A DNA stretch of 64,000 bases. Origin: Antedon mediterranea (lineage: Eukaryota; Animalia; Echinodermata). The stretch is taken from contig NC_092672.1 of assembly GCF_964355755.1 (NCBI RefSeq), positions 25,178,437-25,242,436 on the forward strand, in the 5' to 3' direction. A program made the translations under genes and the position numbers. Positions 47,701 through 62,033 of the stretch are shown piece by piece; the stretch's first letter is position 1; each line of letters starts with the position of its first letter. A model generated the notes under the pieces. It was not told where the DNA came from and searched no databases. It saw only the letters and a list, made by a program, of their open reading frames with translations.

Positions 47701-49185
47701 AGGAAACAGCGCGAGTCAATGTTTTCAAGCATTCAGTTCACCCAAACGGAGAGAGAACACTACCCGTTCCCTCTTCTTCCTTGTATACGATATGTTCGTA
47801 ACCTTCTAGATGATACTTCTTACTCTATTGGTATTACAGTTTCTAATCATACTTTTGGAATGTTTCTGATTGTTCTTATAATAATTATTATACACGGTTT
47901 CTTAAAATCTAAACACATTCTAGAATGTCCATGTACATGTTACTGTATAATGTTGGAAAATTTTATGATGACGGTTAAACATATTCAATACCGAGTGGCA
48001 GAGGCACGCATTATAGGCGAGATATATTATCTAACTTGCCGTTTAAGACAATTGCATTGGTTCGATGTATGAAATGACCCTTTAACAGTTGTATGACAAA
48101 ACCATTCTTCAATACTCCCGCACCAATGGACAATGCATGTCTCTTATTGTAAACGCTTTCAACTTGGTCATCTGTCATCATTGTTTAGAACAAAAAAGAG
48201 ACAGAAAACTGGTACCCGTTTGCATTCATTGGATGTATGAAATGACCCTTTTAACAGTTTTATGAGAAAATTATTCTTCAATACACGCGCACCAAAGAGG
48301 ACAGTGCGTGGCTGTTATTGTAAACGCATTCAACTTGGTCATCTGTCATCGATAATTCTTTAGAACAAAAAAGAGACAGAAAACTGGTACCCGTTTGCAT
48401 TTGGTCGATATATGAAATGACCCTTTAACCGTTTTATGAGAAAATTATTCTTCAATACACCCAGCACAAAGGAGGACAGTGTCATGGTCATTGGTCATCA
48501 TCAATCATTCGTTCGATAATTCTTTAGAACAAAAATAATAGATACTTTTGGAATGTTTTTATAATAATTATTATACACGGTTTCTTAAAATCTAAACACA
48601 TTCTAGAATTTTCATTTAGATGTTACAGTATATAAAATTAGGAAATAGTAATTCATTACCTCTACCGCTCTCAATCACATGATAATCTTTTAACGAAGGA
48701 GGGTGAGTTGAAATTGGTTTAGAACTTGATACCAAGGTTCATTATACGATGGCAAACGATGCCAAAACATTTTCAATACCGATACAGTTGCCAAAGGTGC
48801 GCATTATAGGAGGCGCGTTATAATATCTAACTTGCCGTTTAAGACAATTGCATTCATTCGATGTATGAAATGATCTTTAACAGTTTTATGACAAAACTAT
48901 TCTTCAATACCCACGCACCAAGGACAGTGCATGTATTTTATTGTAAACGCATTAAACTTGGTCATTTAGCATTCGTTCGATAATTCTTTAGAAAAAAAAA
49001 AACTACCACAACAAAATCATTACATTATTACAATGCGTGTACCAAAATGCAAGACAGAAAAAAATTATTTATATGCACATATTATTTATTTTTGAAAAAA
49101 AAAAAAAACATAATCATTCAACAACAACAACGCTGTTATATATGTATTATCAAATACAAATGTTTTCAACTGCCTCTCGCTTGAA

Positions 49186-49589
49186 TCACATGATGTCTTG
49201 TAACGAAGGAGGGTGAGTGGAATGATTAGGTAGACTTGAGTTCAAGGTCCATATGATGCAAACGACGACGATGATGATGATTCCAAACAGCAATCCTGCA
49301 ATAGACCATCTCTTTGCCGATCGTGCTGATCTGGCTGCACCCTCACCGTCACCGTAGTCGAACTTTCTCGAACTCTGTAAAAGTAAAAGAATAGAAACTA
49401 AAATAGATTAAAAAAAATTTAAAAAAAAGTGTTGATGGGATGAGGTTGTAGAGGAAATAGATTACTTACATCTACGCTGTACACGATTCCTATAATACCG
49501 AATGGAATACAGCATAATAAAGTCACGAGTATAGCTGAAATCAGGTAATTGTTAGGTCTTCTCGCCACTATACGGGAAACAGATTGCAT
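49186..49589 (-). CDS. CD225/dispanin (IFITM/PRRT-like) protein, copy 1; exons 49589-49470 and 49374-49186
   Basis: PNNYLISAILVTLLCCIPFGIIGIVYSVD|SSRKFDYGDGEGAARSARSAKRWSIAGLLFGIIII. GTAAGT donor and TTTTACAG acceptor are in frame; ~102 aa. Confidence 0.9.
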
Positions 49590-50171
49590 GACAAAAGCAT
49601 TCTCTTTCTCTCCAATGTACACGTACACAAATACACTCTAATCGATACTCTTATTGCATTACGAAAAACAGCAGCGTGAACAAAAAAAAAACAAAAAAAC
49701 AACGCATCATCTTCAAATGGTAGTCAACACCGCTTATTCAAGCTGGACGTTGATTGGCTGTTTGGGTCTTTATATACGTTAACTCGCTCACCGTGCATTC
49801 GTCAGTAGTCATCATGGATCATTGCGATATGGACATGTTTTTAGAAAACCTATTAGCGTTCGATTCAACAGACGACGACATATTAAAGAGGGCAATGTTG
49901 GAATTGAAAACTGGTTCGACCGGGTCGAACCAGTTTTCATGGAGTACCAACAAGAAGATGATATAGCATAAGAACAACAACCACACCCATCACCACCACC
50001 ACCACCGACGCCGCAAGAATCAACAAAGGCAAACACGATGATAAATGTTCGAGGCAGTCTCGGTAAACTAATTGCTTTCTGCGATGGATCTGAACATACA
50101 CTAACGCAATCATACGGTCGCCATCATGCCGATAACTGTAAAACGACGCATGCGACTAGAGTTGACTAGAG

Positions 50172-50951
50172 TTGACTCTGGATAACGAATTGGACAACGG
50201 TAAACTGGAAGAGTTGCAAATTACGGTGACCAACAACAACCGTATATTGTTATTGCATAAACAAGAAAAAAGAACCTATCACTGCGGTGCGGACATGAAG
50301 TATCCCATAACTTTGCACGGTGCCTTTTCCACACCGTGCGCATCGGAGAAAAAGAATGGTGTTGCCACCGCCATTGCGAATATTGCCAAAACCAATTCAA
50401 TCAACAAAACACTATTTGCTAGATTTGTTGGACGAGCGATGGAATCACATGCAAGCAGTGATTGGACTGCCATAATAAACATTCTTCAGATATCAGATCA
50501 AATGACGGTATTAAAAGAAAAATGTGAGTACAAACGAAAACGAATCTTAAAAGATTCTCTAATGGACAAGTATCCATCAACGAGAAGTTTTATTAGTGAT
50601 GTAAATAATCTACCCTCATCTAACATTGGCATTCAACAACTCGTAAGCCTATTGGAGCAGGCACGCCAAGATTTACGTGAAACAGAAACCAAATTGAGTA
50701 CTTTACAAACACAATTCAATACCATGTTGATAGAATTCCAAAATCACATCACCAAATCGGAAGAAAGAGAAATCAAATATCAACAAGTAATAGAAAATAT
50801 GCAAAAACGAGAAACCGATATGGTTTCTACGTTTCAAGACAGTTTGCTTTCGATGGCCGATACTTTGCGTGATGAGATGCGCCAACAACTGACAAAACGA
50901 AAGCGTCTTCCTCAATGCGGCAATATTAAGAAAAAACAACGAATCCATTGA
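50172..50951 (+). CDS. Coiled-coil/NLS protein, copy 1 (5' end apparently disrupted)
   Basis: 259-aa frame with a TTG start, a C-terminal coiled coil and KRKR...KKKQR. The upstream frame is broken by a 10-bp tandem duplication. Confidence 0.55.
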   Translation: MTLDNELDNGKLEELQITVTNNNRILLLHKQEKRTYHCGADMKYPITLHGAFSTPCASEKKNGVATAIANIAKTNSINKTLFARFVGRAMESHASSDWTAIINILQISDQMTVLKEKCEYKRKRILKDSLMDKYPSTRSFISDVNNLPSSNIGIQQLVSLLEQARQDLRETETKLSTLQTQFNTMLIEFQNHITKSEEREIKYQQVIENMQKRETDMVSTFQDSLLSMADTLRDEMRQQLTKRKRLPQCGNIKKKQRIH

Positions 50952-53464
50952 CTTTAAAAAAAAACAAAACATTGTTGTTGTTTTTGTAGTTTATTTTGTA
51001 TTAGTAATTTTTTATTGTACAAATCAATGCCGTAATTGTAGTAGTAGTAATAGTAGTAGTGATAATAATAATAATTAAACGTTTCATTATTTCTATTTAT
51101 AATTTATTGTACAAATCAATGCAATTTTAACGTTGCGTCTACCTCAATATAATAGTAACAACGAATTCATTAAGAAAACTAAAAATTGTAGTGTAGTAAT
51201 AATCAATTCAATGCCGCAACAAACATTGTAGTAATAGTAGTGATAATACAATTAAACGTTTGAAAGAAAAAAAAAATATTGTGTTTTTTCTCTCTTCCAA
51301 CGCGATGACGACGACGACAGCATTTTATGTGATTGTGAGAATGTTGATGAAGAAATAAAGAGAGAGAGAGAGAGACATGGATACGGTTTGCTTAGACACC
51401 CATGGATATTGACACCGTCAGTCCAGTCAAAAAATCACCCTCACCATGGTATAAGAACGTACCCTAATTAAATTTCATCCGTAGGTTCTATGTATATAGG
51501 TAATAACATTTCTTGATGGTTGCGTCTTGCAAAACTTGGGATTTTACGAGAAAATTAGACTTTTTATACCCAATTTATAACCGCCTCATGTCGTATTATT
51601 GTGTACAGCGAATGCGACGAAGCGTGACTGAAATTACGAGACGCCGTTAGCGCCCGTTGAAAAATGCATTAACAAAGCTAAAAACCTACAAAATTAATAG
51701 TTTATACAAAAATTTAAATATAGTTTACAATAAATTGTATAATAAAATACATAAAATTATAAAGAAAACCCAATTATAAACTAAAATATTTACAGATATG
51801 TGTTTAAAAATGTACAAATCAAAATGGCCTTTCATAGAATAAAGTGCGCCCTCACGCGTCATACTTTTATCGGACTTGTATGAATGATTATAATATACGA
51901 AACCCGATGCGGTTTGTTAGTTATTGCCTCTGCAAGAGGCAGAATATTATTATTATATTTTCACAAATATATTTCTAGTTTTTATTATGGAAAAAAAAAA
52001 GGATTGTATATATTTAAACACATTAAAACCTCCAGTCTACCATCATGATGGATTAAGTGAAGCGCCGTATTGTATCTGCTAAACGGTAATGATCTCCTAG
52101 TTATCTGGTTAGCCTATATTCTGGACATTCTTTTTTTAACAGCATTACTTGCGCGGATATCACAATGCATTGTTTATTCGCGATTATAGTCAATGTTAAG
52201 TTGAGTAAGCCGCGCAATCAGTAACATGCATAACATGCCGTGCATTCATCGCGCGTTGTATAATTATTATACATGGTTTCTTAAATCCAAACACACTCTT
52301 ATTCTAGAATGTTCATGTAGATACATACACCGTCTCTTTACCGATCGAGTTGATACGGTCGTGCAATCAATAAGAGGCATAACATGCCGTGCATTCATCG
52401 CGTGTTGTATACCGAGAGAACCAATTTAAAATATTGTTTACTTCGAGAAGAAGCAATACACCGTCTCTTTTTACCGATCGAGTTGATACGGTCGCGCAAT
52501 CAGTAACAGGCATAACATGCCGTGCATGCATCGCGTGTTGTATATATACAATAATGTTTATAACTTTCCAGATCATACTTCTTATTCTATTCGATTACAG
52601 TTTCTAATGATAGCATCCTTCAGGAAACAGCGCGAGTCAATGTTTTCAAGCATTCAGTTCACCCAAACGGAGAGAGAACACTACCCGTTCTCTCTTCTTG
52701 TATACGATATGTTCGTAACCTTCTAGATGATACTTCTTACTCTATTGGTATTACATTTTCTAATCATACTTTTGGAATGTTTCTGATTGTTCTTATAATA
52801 ATTATTATACACGGTTTCTTAAAATCTAAACACATTCTAGAATGTCCATGTACATGTTACTGTATAATGTTGGAAAATTATGATGACGGTTAAACATATT
52901 CAATACCGAGTGGCAGAGGCACGCATTATAGGCGAGATATATTATCTAACTTGCCGTTTAAGACAATTGCATTGGTTCGATGTATGAAATGACCCTTTAA
53001 CAGTTGTATGACAAAACCATTCTTCAATACTCCCGCACCAATGGACAATGCATGTCTCTTATTGTAAACGCTTTCAACTTGGTCATCTGTCATCATTGTT
53101 TAGAACAAAAAAGAGACAGAAAACTGGTACCCGTTTGCATTCATTGGATGTATGAAATGACCCTTTTAACAGTTTTATGAGAAAATTATTCTTCAATACA
53201 CGCGCACCAAAGAGGACAGTGCGTGTCTGTTATTGTAAACGCATTCGACTTGGTCATCTGTCATCGATAATTCTTTAGAACAAAAAAGAGACAGAAAACT
53301 GGTACCCGTTTGCATTCGTTTAATCAATTCAATGCCGCAATTTGTAGTAATAGTAGTGATAATACAATTAAACGTTTGAAAGAAAAAAAAAATATTGTGT
53401 TTTTTCTCTCTTCCAACGCGATGACGACGACGACAGAATGTTATGTGATTGTGAGAATGTTGAT

Positions 53465-53500
<36 letters not shown>

Positions 53501-56130
53501 GGATACGGTTTGCTTAGACACCCATGGATATTGAATGTTGAGTCCAGTCAAAAAATCACCCTCACCATGGTATAAGAACGTACCCTAATAAAATTTCATC
53601 CGTAGGTTCTATGTATATAGGTACGTAATAACATTTCTTGATGGTTGCGTCTTGCAAAACTTGGGATTTTACGAGAAAATTAGACTTGTTATACCCAATT
53701 TATAACCGCCTCATGTCGTATTATTGTGTACAGCGAATGCGACGAAGCGTGACTGAAATTACGAGACGCCGTTAGCGCCCGTTGAAAAATGCATTAACAA
53801 AGCTAAAAACCTACAAAATTAATAGTTTATACAAAAATTTAAATATAGTTTACAATAAATTGTATAATAAAATACATAAAATTATAAAGAAAACCCAATT
53901 ATAAACTAAAATATTTACAGATATGTGTTTAAAAATGTACAAATCAAAATGGCCTTTCATAGAATAAAGTGCGCCCTCACGCGTCATACTTTTATCGGAC
54001 TTGTATGAATGATTATAATATACAAGGCATTAATATACGAAACCCGATGCGGTTTGTTAGTTTATTGCCTCTGCAAGAGGCAGAATTTTATTATTATATT
54101 TTCACAAATGTATTTCTAGTTTTTATCATGGAAACAAAAAAAGGATTGTATATATTTAAACACATTACAACCTCCAGTCTACCATCATGATGGATTAAGT
54201 GAAGCGCCGTATTGTATCTGCTAAAGCGTAATGATCTCCTAGTTGTCTGGTTAGCCTATATTCTGGACATTCTTTTTTTAACAGCATTACTTGCGCGGAT
54301 ATCACAATGCATTGTTTATTCGCGATTATAGTCAATGTTAAGTTGAGTAAGCCGCGCAATCAGTAACATGCATAACATGCCGTGCATTCATCGCGCGTTG
54401 TATAATTATTATACATGGTTTCTTAAATCCAAACACACTCTTATTCTAGAATGTTCATGTAGATACATACACCGTCTCTTTACCGATCGAGTTGATACGG
54501 TCGTGCAATCAATAAGAGGCATAACATGCCGTGCATTCGTCGCCTGTTGTATATATACAATAATGTTTATAACTTTCCAGATCATACTTCTTATTCTATT
54601 CGATTACAGTTTCTAATGATAGCATACTTCAGGAAACAGCGCGAGTCAATGTTTTCAAGCATTCAGTTCACCCAAACGGAGAGAGAACACTACCCGTTCC
54701 CTCTTCTTGTATACGATATGTTCGTAACCTTCTAGATGATACTTCTTACTCTATTGGTATTACAGTTTCTAATCATACTTTTGGAATGTTTCTGATTGTT
54801 CTTATAATAATTATTATACACGGTTTCTTAAAATCTAAACACATTCTAGAATGTCCATGTACATGTTACTGTATAATGTTGGAAAATTTTATGATGACGG
54901 TTAAACATATTCAATACCGAGTGGCAGAGGCACGCATTATAGGCGAGATATATTATCTAACTTGCCGTTTAAGACAATTGCATTGGTTCGATGTATGAAA
55001 TGACCCTTTAACAGTTGTATGACAAAACCATTCTTCAATACTCCCGCACCAATGGACAATGCATGTCTCTTATTGTAAACGCTTTCAACTTGGTCATCTG
55101 TCATCATTGTTTAGAACAAAAAAGAGACAGAAAACTGGTACCCGTTTGCATTCATTGGATGTATGAAATGACCCTTTTAACAGTTTTATGAGAAAATTAT
55201 TCTTCAATACACGCGCACCAAAGAGGACAGTGCGTGGCTGTTATTGTAAACGCATTCAACTTGGTCATCTGTCATCGATAATTCTTTAGAACAAAAAAGA
55301 GACAGAAAACTGGTACCCGTTTGCATTTGGTCGATATATGAAATGACCCTTTAACCGTTTTATGAGAAAATTATTCTTCAATACACCCAGCACAAAGGAG
55401 GACAGTGTATATCTCTTATTGTAAACGCATTCAACTTGGTCATCATCAATCATTCGTTCGATAATTCTTTAGAACAAAAATAATAGATACTTTTGGAATG
55501 TTTTTATAATAATTATTATACACGGTTTCTTAAAATCTAAACACATTCTAGAATGTTCATTTAGATGTTACAGTATATAAAATTAGGAAATAGTAATTCA
55601 TTACCTCTACCGCTCTCAATCACATGATATTCTTTTAACGAAGGAGGGTGAGTTGAAATTGGTTTAGAACTTGATACCAAGGTTCATTATACGATGGCAA
55701 ACGATGCCAAAACATTTTCAATACCGATACAGTTGCCAAAGGTGCGCATTATAGGAGGCGCGTTATAATATCTAACTTGCCGTTTAAGACAATTGCATTC
55801 ATTCGATGTATGAAATGATCTTTAACAGTTTTATGACAAAACTATTCTTCAATACCCACGCACCAAGGACAGTGCATGTATTTTATTGTAAACGCATTAA
55901 ACTTGGTCATTTAGCATTCGTTCGATAATTCTTTAGAAAAAAAAAAACTACCACAACAAAATCATTACATTATTACAATGCGTGTACCAAAATGCAAGAC
56001 AGAAAAAAATTATTTATATGCACATATTATTTATTTTTGAAAAAAAAAAAAAACATAATCATTCAACAACAACAACGCTGTTATATATGTATTATCAAAT
56101 ACAAATGTTTTCAACTGCCTCTCGCTTGAA

Positions 56131-56534
56131 TCACATGATGTCTTGTAACGAAGGAGGGTGAGTGGAATGATTAGGTAGACTTGAGTTCAAGGTCCATATG
56201 ATGCAAACGACGACGATGATGATGATTCCAAACAGCAATCCTGCAATAGACCATCTCTTTGCCGATCGTGCTGATCTGGCTGCACCCTCACCGTCACCGT
56301 AGTCGAACTTTCTCGAACTCTGTAAAAGTAAAAGAATAGAAACTAAAATAGATTAAAAAAAATTTAAAAAAAAGTGTTGATGGGATGAGGTTGTAGAGGA
56401 AATAGATTACTTACATCTACGCTGTACACGATTCCTATAATACCGAATGGAATACAGCATAATAAAGTCACGAGTATAGCTGAAATCAGGTAATTGTTAG
56501 GTCTTCTCGCCACTATACGGGAAACAGATTGCAT
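56131..56534 (-). CDS. CD225/dispanin protein, copy 2
   Basis: Same spliced sequence as copy 1 at offset +6945. Confidence 0.9.
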
Positions 56535-57116
56535 GACAAAAGCATTCTCTTTCTCTCCAATGTACACGTACACAAATACACTCTAATCGATACTCTTATT
56601 GCATTACGAAAAACAGCAGCGTGAACAAAAAAAAAACAAAAAAACAACGCATCATCTTCAAATGGTAGTCAACACCGCTTATTCAAGCTGGACGTTGATT
56701 GGCTGTTTGGGTCTTTATATACGTTAACTCGCTCACCGTGCATTCGTCAGTAGTCATCATGGATCATTGCGATATGGACATGTTTTTAGAAAACCTATTA
56801 GCGTTCGATTCAACAGACGACGACATATTAAAGAGGGCAATGTTGGAATTGAAAACTGGTTCGACCGGGTCGAACCAGTTTTCATGGAGTACCAACAAGA
56901 AGATGATATAGCATAAGAACAACAACCACACCCATCACCACCACCACCACCGACGCCGCAAGAATCAACAAAGGCAAACACGATGATAAATGTTCGAGGC
57001 AGTCTCGGTAAACTAATTGCTTTCTGCGATGGATCTGAACATACACTAACGCAATCATACGGTCGCCATCATGCCGATAACTGTAAAACGACGCATGCGA
57101 CTAGAGTTGACTAGAG

Positions 57117-57896
57117 TTGACTCTGGATAACGAATTGGACAACGGTAAACTGGAAGAGTTGCAAATTACGGTGACCAACAACAACCGTATATTGTTATTG
57201 CATAAACAAGAAAAAAGAACCTATCACTGCGGTGCGGACATGAAGTATCCCATAACTTTGCACGGTGCCTTTTCCACACCGTGCGCATCGGAGAAAAAGA
57301 ATGGTGTTGCCACCGCCATTGCGAATATTGCCAAAACCAATTCAATCAACAAAACACTATTTGCTAGATTTGTTGGACGAGCGATGGAATCACATGCAAG
57401 CAGTGATTGGACTGCCATAATAAACATTCTTCAGATATCAGATCAAATGACGGTATTAAAAGAAAAATGTGAGTACAAACGAAAACGAATCTTAAAAGAT
57501 TCTCTAATGGACAAGTATCCATCAACGAGAAGTTTTATTAGTGATGTAAATAATCTACCCTCATCTAACATTGGCATTCAACAACTCGTAAGCCTATTGG
57601 AGCAGGCACGCCAAGATTTACGTGAAACAGAAACCAAATTGAGTACTTTACAAACACAATTCAATACCATGTTGATAGAATTCCAAAATCACATCACCAA
57701 ATCGGAAGAAAGAGAAATCAAATATCAACAAGTAATAGAAAATATGCAAAAACGAGAAACCGATATGGTTTCTACGTTTCAAGACAGTTTGCTTTCGATG
57801 GCCGATACTTTGCGTGATGAGATGCGCCAACAACTGACAAAACGAAAGCGTCTTCCTCAATGCGGCAATATTAAGAAAAAACAACGAATCCATTGA
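57117..57896 (+). CDS. Coiled-coil/NLS protein, copy 2
   Basis: Translation identical to 50172-50951. Confidence 0.55.
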   Translation: MTLDNELDNGKLEELQITVTNNNRILLLHKQEKRTYHCGADMKYPITLHGAFSTPCASEKKNGVATAIANIAKTNSINKTLFARFVGRAMESHASSDWTAIINILQISDQMTVLKEKCEYKRKRILKDSLMDKYPSTRSFISDVNNLPSSNIGIQQLVSLLEQARQDLRETETKLSTLQTQFNTMLIEFQNHITKSEEREIKYQQVIENMQKRETDMVSTFQDSLLSMADTLRDEMRQQLTKRKRLPQCGNIKKKQRIH

Positions 57897-60800
57897 CTTT
57901 AAAAAAAAACAAAACATTGTTGTTGTTTTTGTAGTTTATTTTGTATTAGTAATTTTTTATTGTACAAATCAATGCCGTAATTGTAGTAGTAGTAATAGTA
58001 GTAGTGATAATAATAATAATTAAACGTTTCATTATTTCTATTTATAATTTATTGTACAAATCAATGCAATTTTAACGTTGCGTCTACCTCAATATAATAG
58101 TAACAACGAATTCATTAAGAAAACTAAAAATTGTAGTGTAGTAATAATCAATTCAATGCCGCAACAAACATTGTAGTAATAGTAGTGATAATACAATTAA
58201 ACGTTTGAAAGAAAAAAAAAATATTGTGTTTTTTCTCTCTTCCAACGCGATGACGACGACGACAGCATTTTATGTGATTGTGAGAATGTTGATGAAGAAA
58301 TAAAGAGAGAGAGAGAGAGACATGGATACGGTTTGCTTAGACACCCATGGATATTGACACCGTCAGTCCAGTCAAAAAATCACCCTCACCATGGTATAAG
58401 AACGTACCCTAATTAAATTTCATCCGTAGGTTCTATGTATATAGGTAATAACATTTCTTGATGGTTGCGTCTTGCAAAACTTGGGATTTTACGAGAAAAT
58501 TAGACTTTTTATACCCAATTTATAACCGCCTCATGTCGTATTATTGTGTACAGCGAATGCGACGAAGCGTGACTGAAATTACGAGACGCCGTTAGCGCCC
58601 GTTGAAAAATGCATTAACAAAGCTAAAAACCTACAAAATTAATAGTTTATACAAAAATTTAAATATAGTTTACAATAAATTGTATAATAAAATACATAAA
58701 ATTATAAAGAAAACCCAATTATAAACTAAAATATTTACAGATATGTGTTTAAAAATGTACAAATCAAAATGGCCTTTCATAGAATAAAGTGCGCCCTCAC
58801 GCGTCATACTTTTATCGGACTTGTATGAATGATTATAATATACGAAACCCGATGTGGTTTGTTAGTTATTGCCTCTGCAAGAGGCAGAATATTATTATTA
58901 TATTTTCACAAATATATTTCTAGTTTTTATTATGGAAAAAAAAAAGGATTGTATATATTTAAACACATTAAAACCTCCAGTCTACCATCATGATGGATTA
59001 AGTGAAGCGCCGTATTGTATCTGCTAAACGGTAATGATCTCCTAGTTATCTGGTTAGCCTATATTCTGGACATTCTTTTTTTAACAGCATTACTTGCGCG
59101 GATATCACAATGCATTGTTTATTCGCGATTATAGTCAATGTTAAGTTGAGTAAGCCGCGCAATCAGTAACATGCATAACATGCCGTGCATTCATCGCGCG
59201 TTGTATAATTATTATACATGGTTTCTTAAATCCAAACACACTCTTATTCTAGAATGTTCATGTAGATACATACACCGTCTCTTTACCGATCGAGTTGATA
59301 CGGTCGTGCAATCAATAAGAGGCATAACATGCCGTGCATTCATCGCGTGTTGTATACCGAGAGAACCAATTTAAAATATTGTTTACTTCGAGAAGAAGCA
59401 ATACACCGTCTCTTTTTACCGATCGAGTTGATACGGTCGCGCAATCAGTAACAGGCATAACATGCCGTGCATGCATCGCGTGTTGTATATATACAATAAT
59501 GTTTATAACTTTCCAGATCATACTTCTTATTCTATTCGATTACAGTTTCTAATGATAGCATACTTCAGGAAACAGCGCGAGTCAATGTTTTCAAGCATTC
59601 AGTTCACCCAAACGGAGAGAGAACACTACCCGTTCTCTCTTCTTGTATACGATATGTTCGTAACCTTCTAGATGATACTTCTTACTCTATTGGTATTACA
59701 GTTTCTAATCATACTTTTGGAATGTTTCTGATTGTTCTTATAATAATTATTATACACGGTTTCTTAAAATCTAAACACATTCTAGAATGTCCATGTACAT
59801 GTTACTGTATAATGTTGGAAAATTTTATGATGACGGTTAAACATATTCAATACCGAGTGGCAGAGGCACGCATTATAGGCGAGATATATTATCTAACTTG
59901 CCGTTTAAGACAATTGCATTGGTTCGATGTATGAAATGACCCTTTAACAGTTGTATGACAAAACCATTCTTCAATACTCCCGCACCAATGGACAATGCAT
60001 GTCTCTTATTGTAAACGCTTTCAACTTGGTCATCTGTCATCATTGTTTAGAACAAAAAAGAGACAGAAAACTGGTACCCGTTTGCATTCATTGGATGTAT
60101 GAAATGACCCTTTTAACAGTTTTATGAGAAAATTATTCTTCAATACACGCGCACCAAAGAGGACAGTGCGTGGCTGTTATTGTAAACGCATTCAACTTGG
60201 TCATCTGTCATCGATAATTCTTTAGAACAAAAAAGAGACAGAAAACTGGTACCCGTTTGCATTTGGTCGATATATGAAATGACCCTTTAACCGTTTTATG
60301 AGAAAATTATTCTTCAATACACCCAGCACAAAGGAGGACAGTGTCATGGTCATTGGTCATCATCAATCATTCGTTCGATAATTCTTTAGAACAAAAATAA
60401 TAGATACTTTTGGAATGTTTTTATAATAATTATTATACACGGTTTCTTAAAATCTAAACACATTCTAGAATTTTCATTTAGATGTTACAGTATATAAAAT
60501 TAGGAAATAGTAATTCATTACCTCTACCGCTCTCAATCACATGATAATCTTTTAACGAAGGAGGGTGAGTTGAAATTGGTTTAGAACTTGATACCAAGGT
60601 TCATTATACGATGGCAAACGATGCCAAAACATTTTCAATACCGATACAGTTGCCAAAGGTGCGCATTATAGGAGGCGCGTTATAATATCTAACTTGCCGT
60701 TTAAGACAATTGCATTCATTCGATGTATGAAATGATCTTTAACAGTTTTATGACAAAACTATTCTTCAATACCCACGCACCAAGGACAGTGCATGTATTT

Positions 60801-61047
60801 TATTGTAAACGCATTAAACTTGGTCATTTAGCATTCGTTCGATAATTCTTTAGAAAAAAAAAAACTACCACAACAAAATCATTACATTATTACAATGCGT
60901 GTACCAAAATGCAAGACAGAAAAAAATTATTTATATGCACATATTATTTATTTTTGAAAAAAAAAAAAAACATAATCATTCAACAACAACAACGCTGTTA
61001 TATATGTATTATCAAATACAAATGTTTTCAACTGCCTCTCGCTTGAA

Positions 61048-61451
61048 TCACATGATGTCTTGTAACGAAGGAGGGTGAGTGGAATGATTAGGTAGACTTG
61101 AGTTCAAGGTCCATATGATGCAAACGACGACGATGATGATGATTCCAAACAGCAATCCTGCAATAGACCATCTCTTTGCCGATCGTGCTGATCTGGCTGC
61201 ACCCTCACCGTCACCGTAGTCGAACTTTCTCGAACTCTGTAAAAGTAAAAGAATAGAAACTAAAATAGATTAAAAAAAATTTAAAAAAAAGTGTTGATGG
61301 GATGAGGTTGTAGAGGAAATAGATTACTTACATCTACGCTGTACACGATTCCTATAATACCGAATGGAATACAGCATAATAAAGTCACGAGTATAGCTGA
61401 AATCAGGTAATTGTTAGGTCTTCTCGCCACTATACGGGAAACAGATTGCAT
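61048..61451 (-). CDS. CD225/dispanin protein, copy 3
   Basis: Same spliced sequence as copy 1 at offset +11862. Confidence 0.9.
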
Positions 61452-62033
61452 GACAAAAGCATTCTCTTTCTCTCCAATGTACACGTACACAAATACACTC
61501 TAATCGATACTCTTATTGCATTACGAAAAACAGCAGCGTGAACAAAAAAAAAACAAAAAAACAACGCATCATCTTCAAATGGTAGTCAACACCGCTTATT
61601 CAAGCTGGACGTTGATTGGCTGTTTGGGTCTTTATATACGTTAACTCGCTCACCGTGCATTCGTCAGTAGTCATCATGGATCATTGCGATATGGACATGT
61701 TTTTAGAAAACCTATTAGCGTTCGATTCAACAGACGACGACATATTAAAGAGGGCAATGTTGGAATTGAAAACTGGTTCGACCGGGTCGAACCAGTTTTC
61801 ATGGAGTACCAACAAGAAGATGATATAGCATAAGAACAACAACCACACCCATCACCACCACCACCACCGACGCCGCAAGAATCAACAAAGGCAAACACGA
61901 TGATAAATGTTCGAGGCAGTCTCGGTAAACTAATTGCTTTCTGCGATGGATCTGAACATACACTAACGCAATCATACGGTCGCCATCATGCCGATAACTG
62001 TAAAACGACGCATGCGACTAGAGTTGACTAGAG

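Noticed and set aside
35555-48072. Dozens of 60-220 aa ORFs in the satellite
   Set aside because: They are translations of the repeat on both strands, and their frames change with poly-T length.
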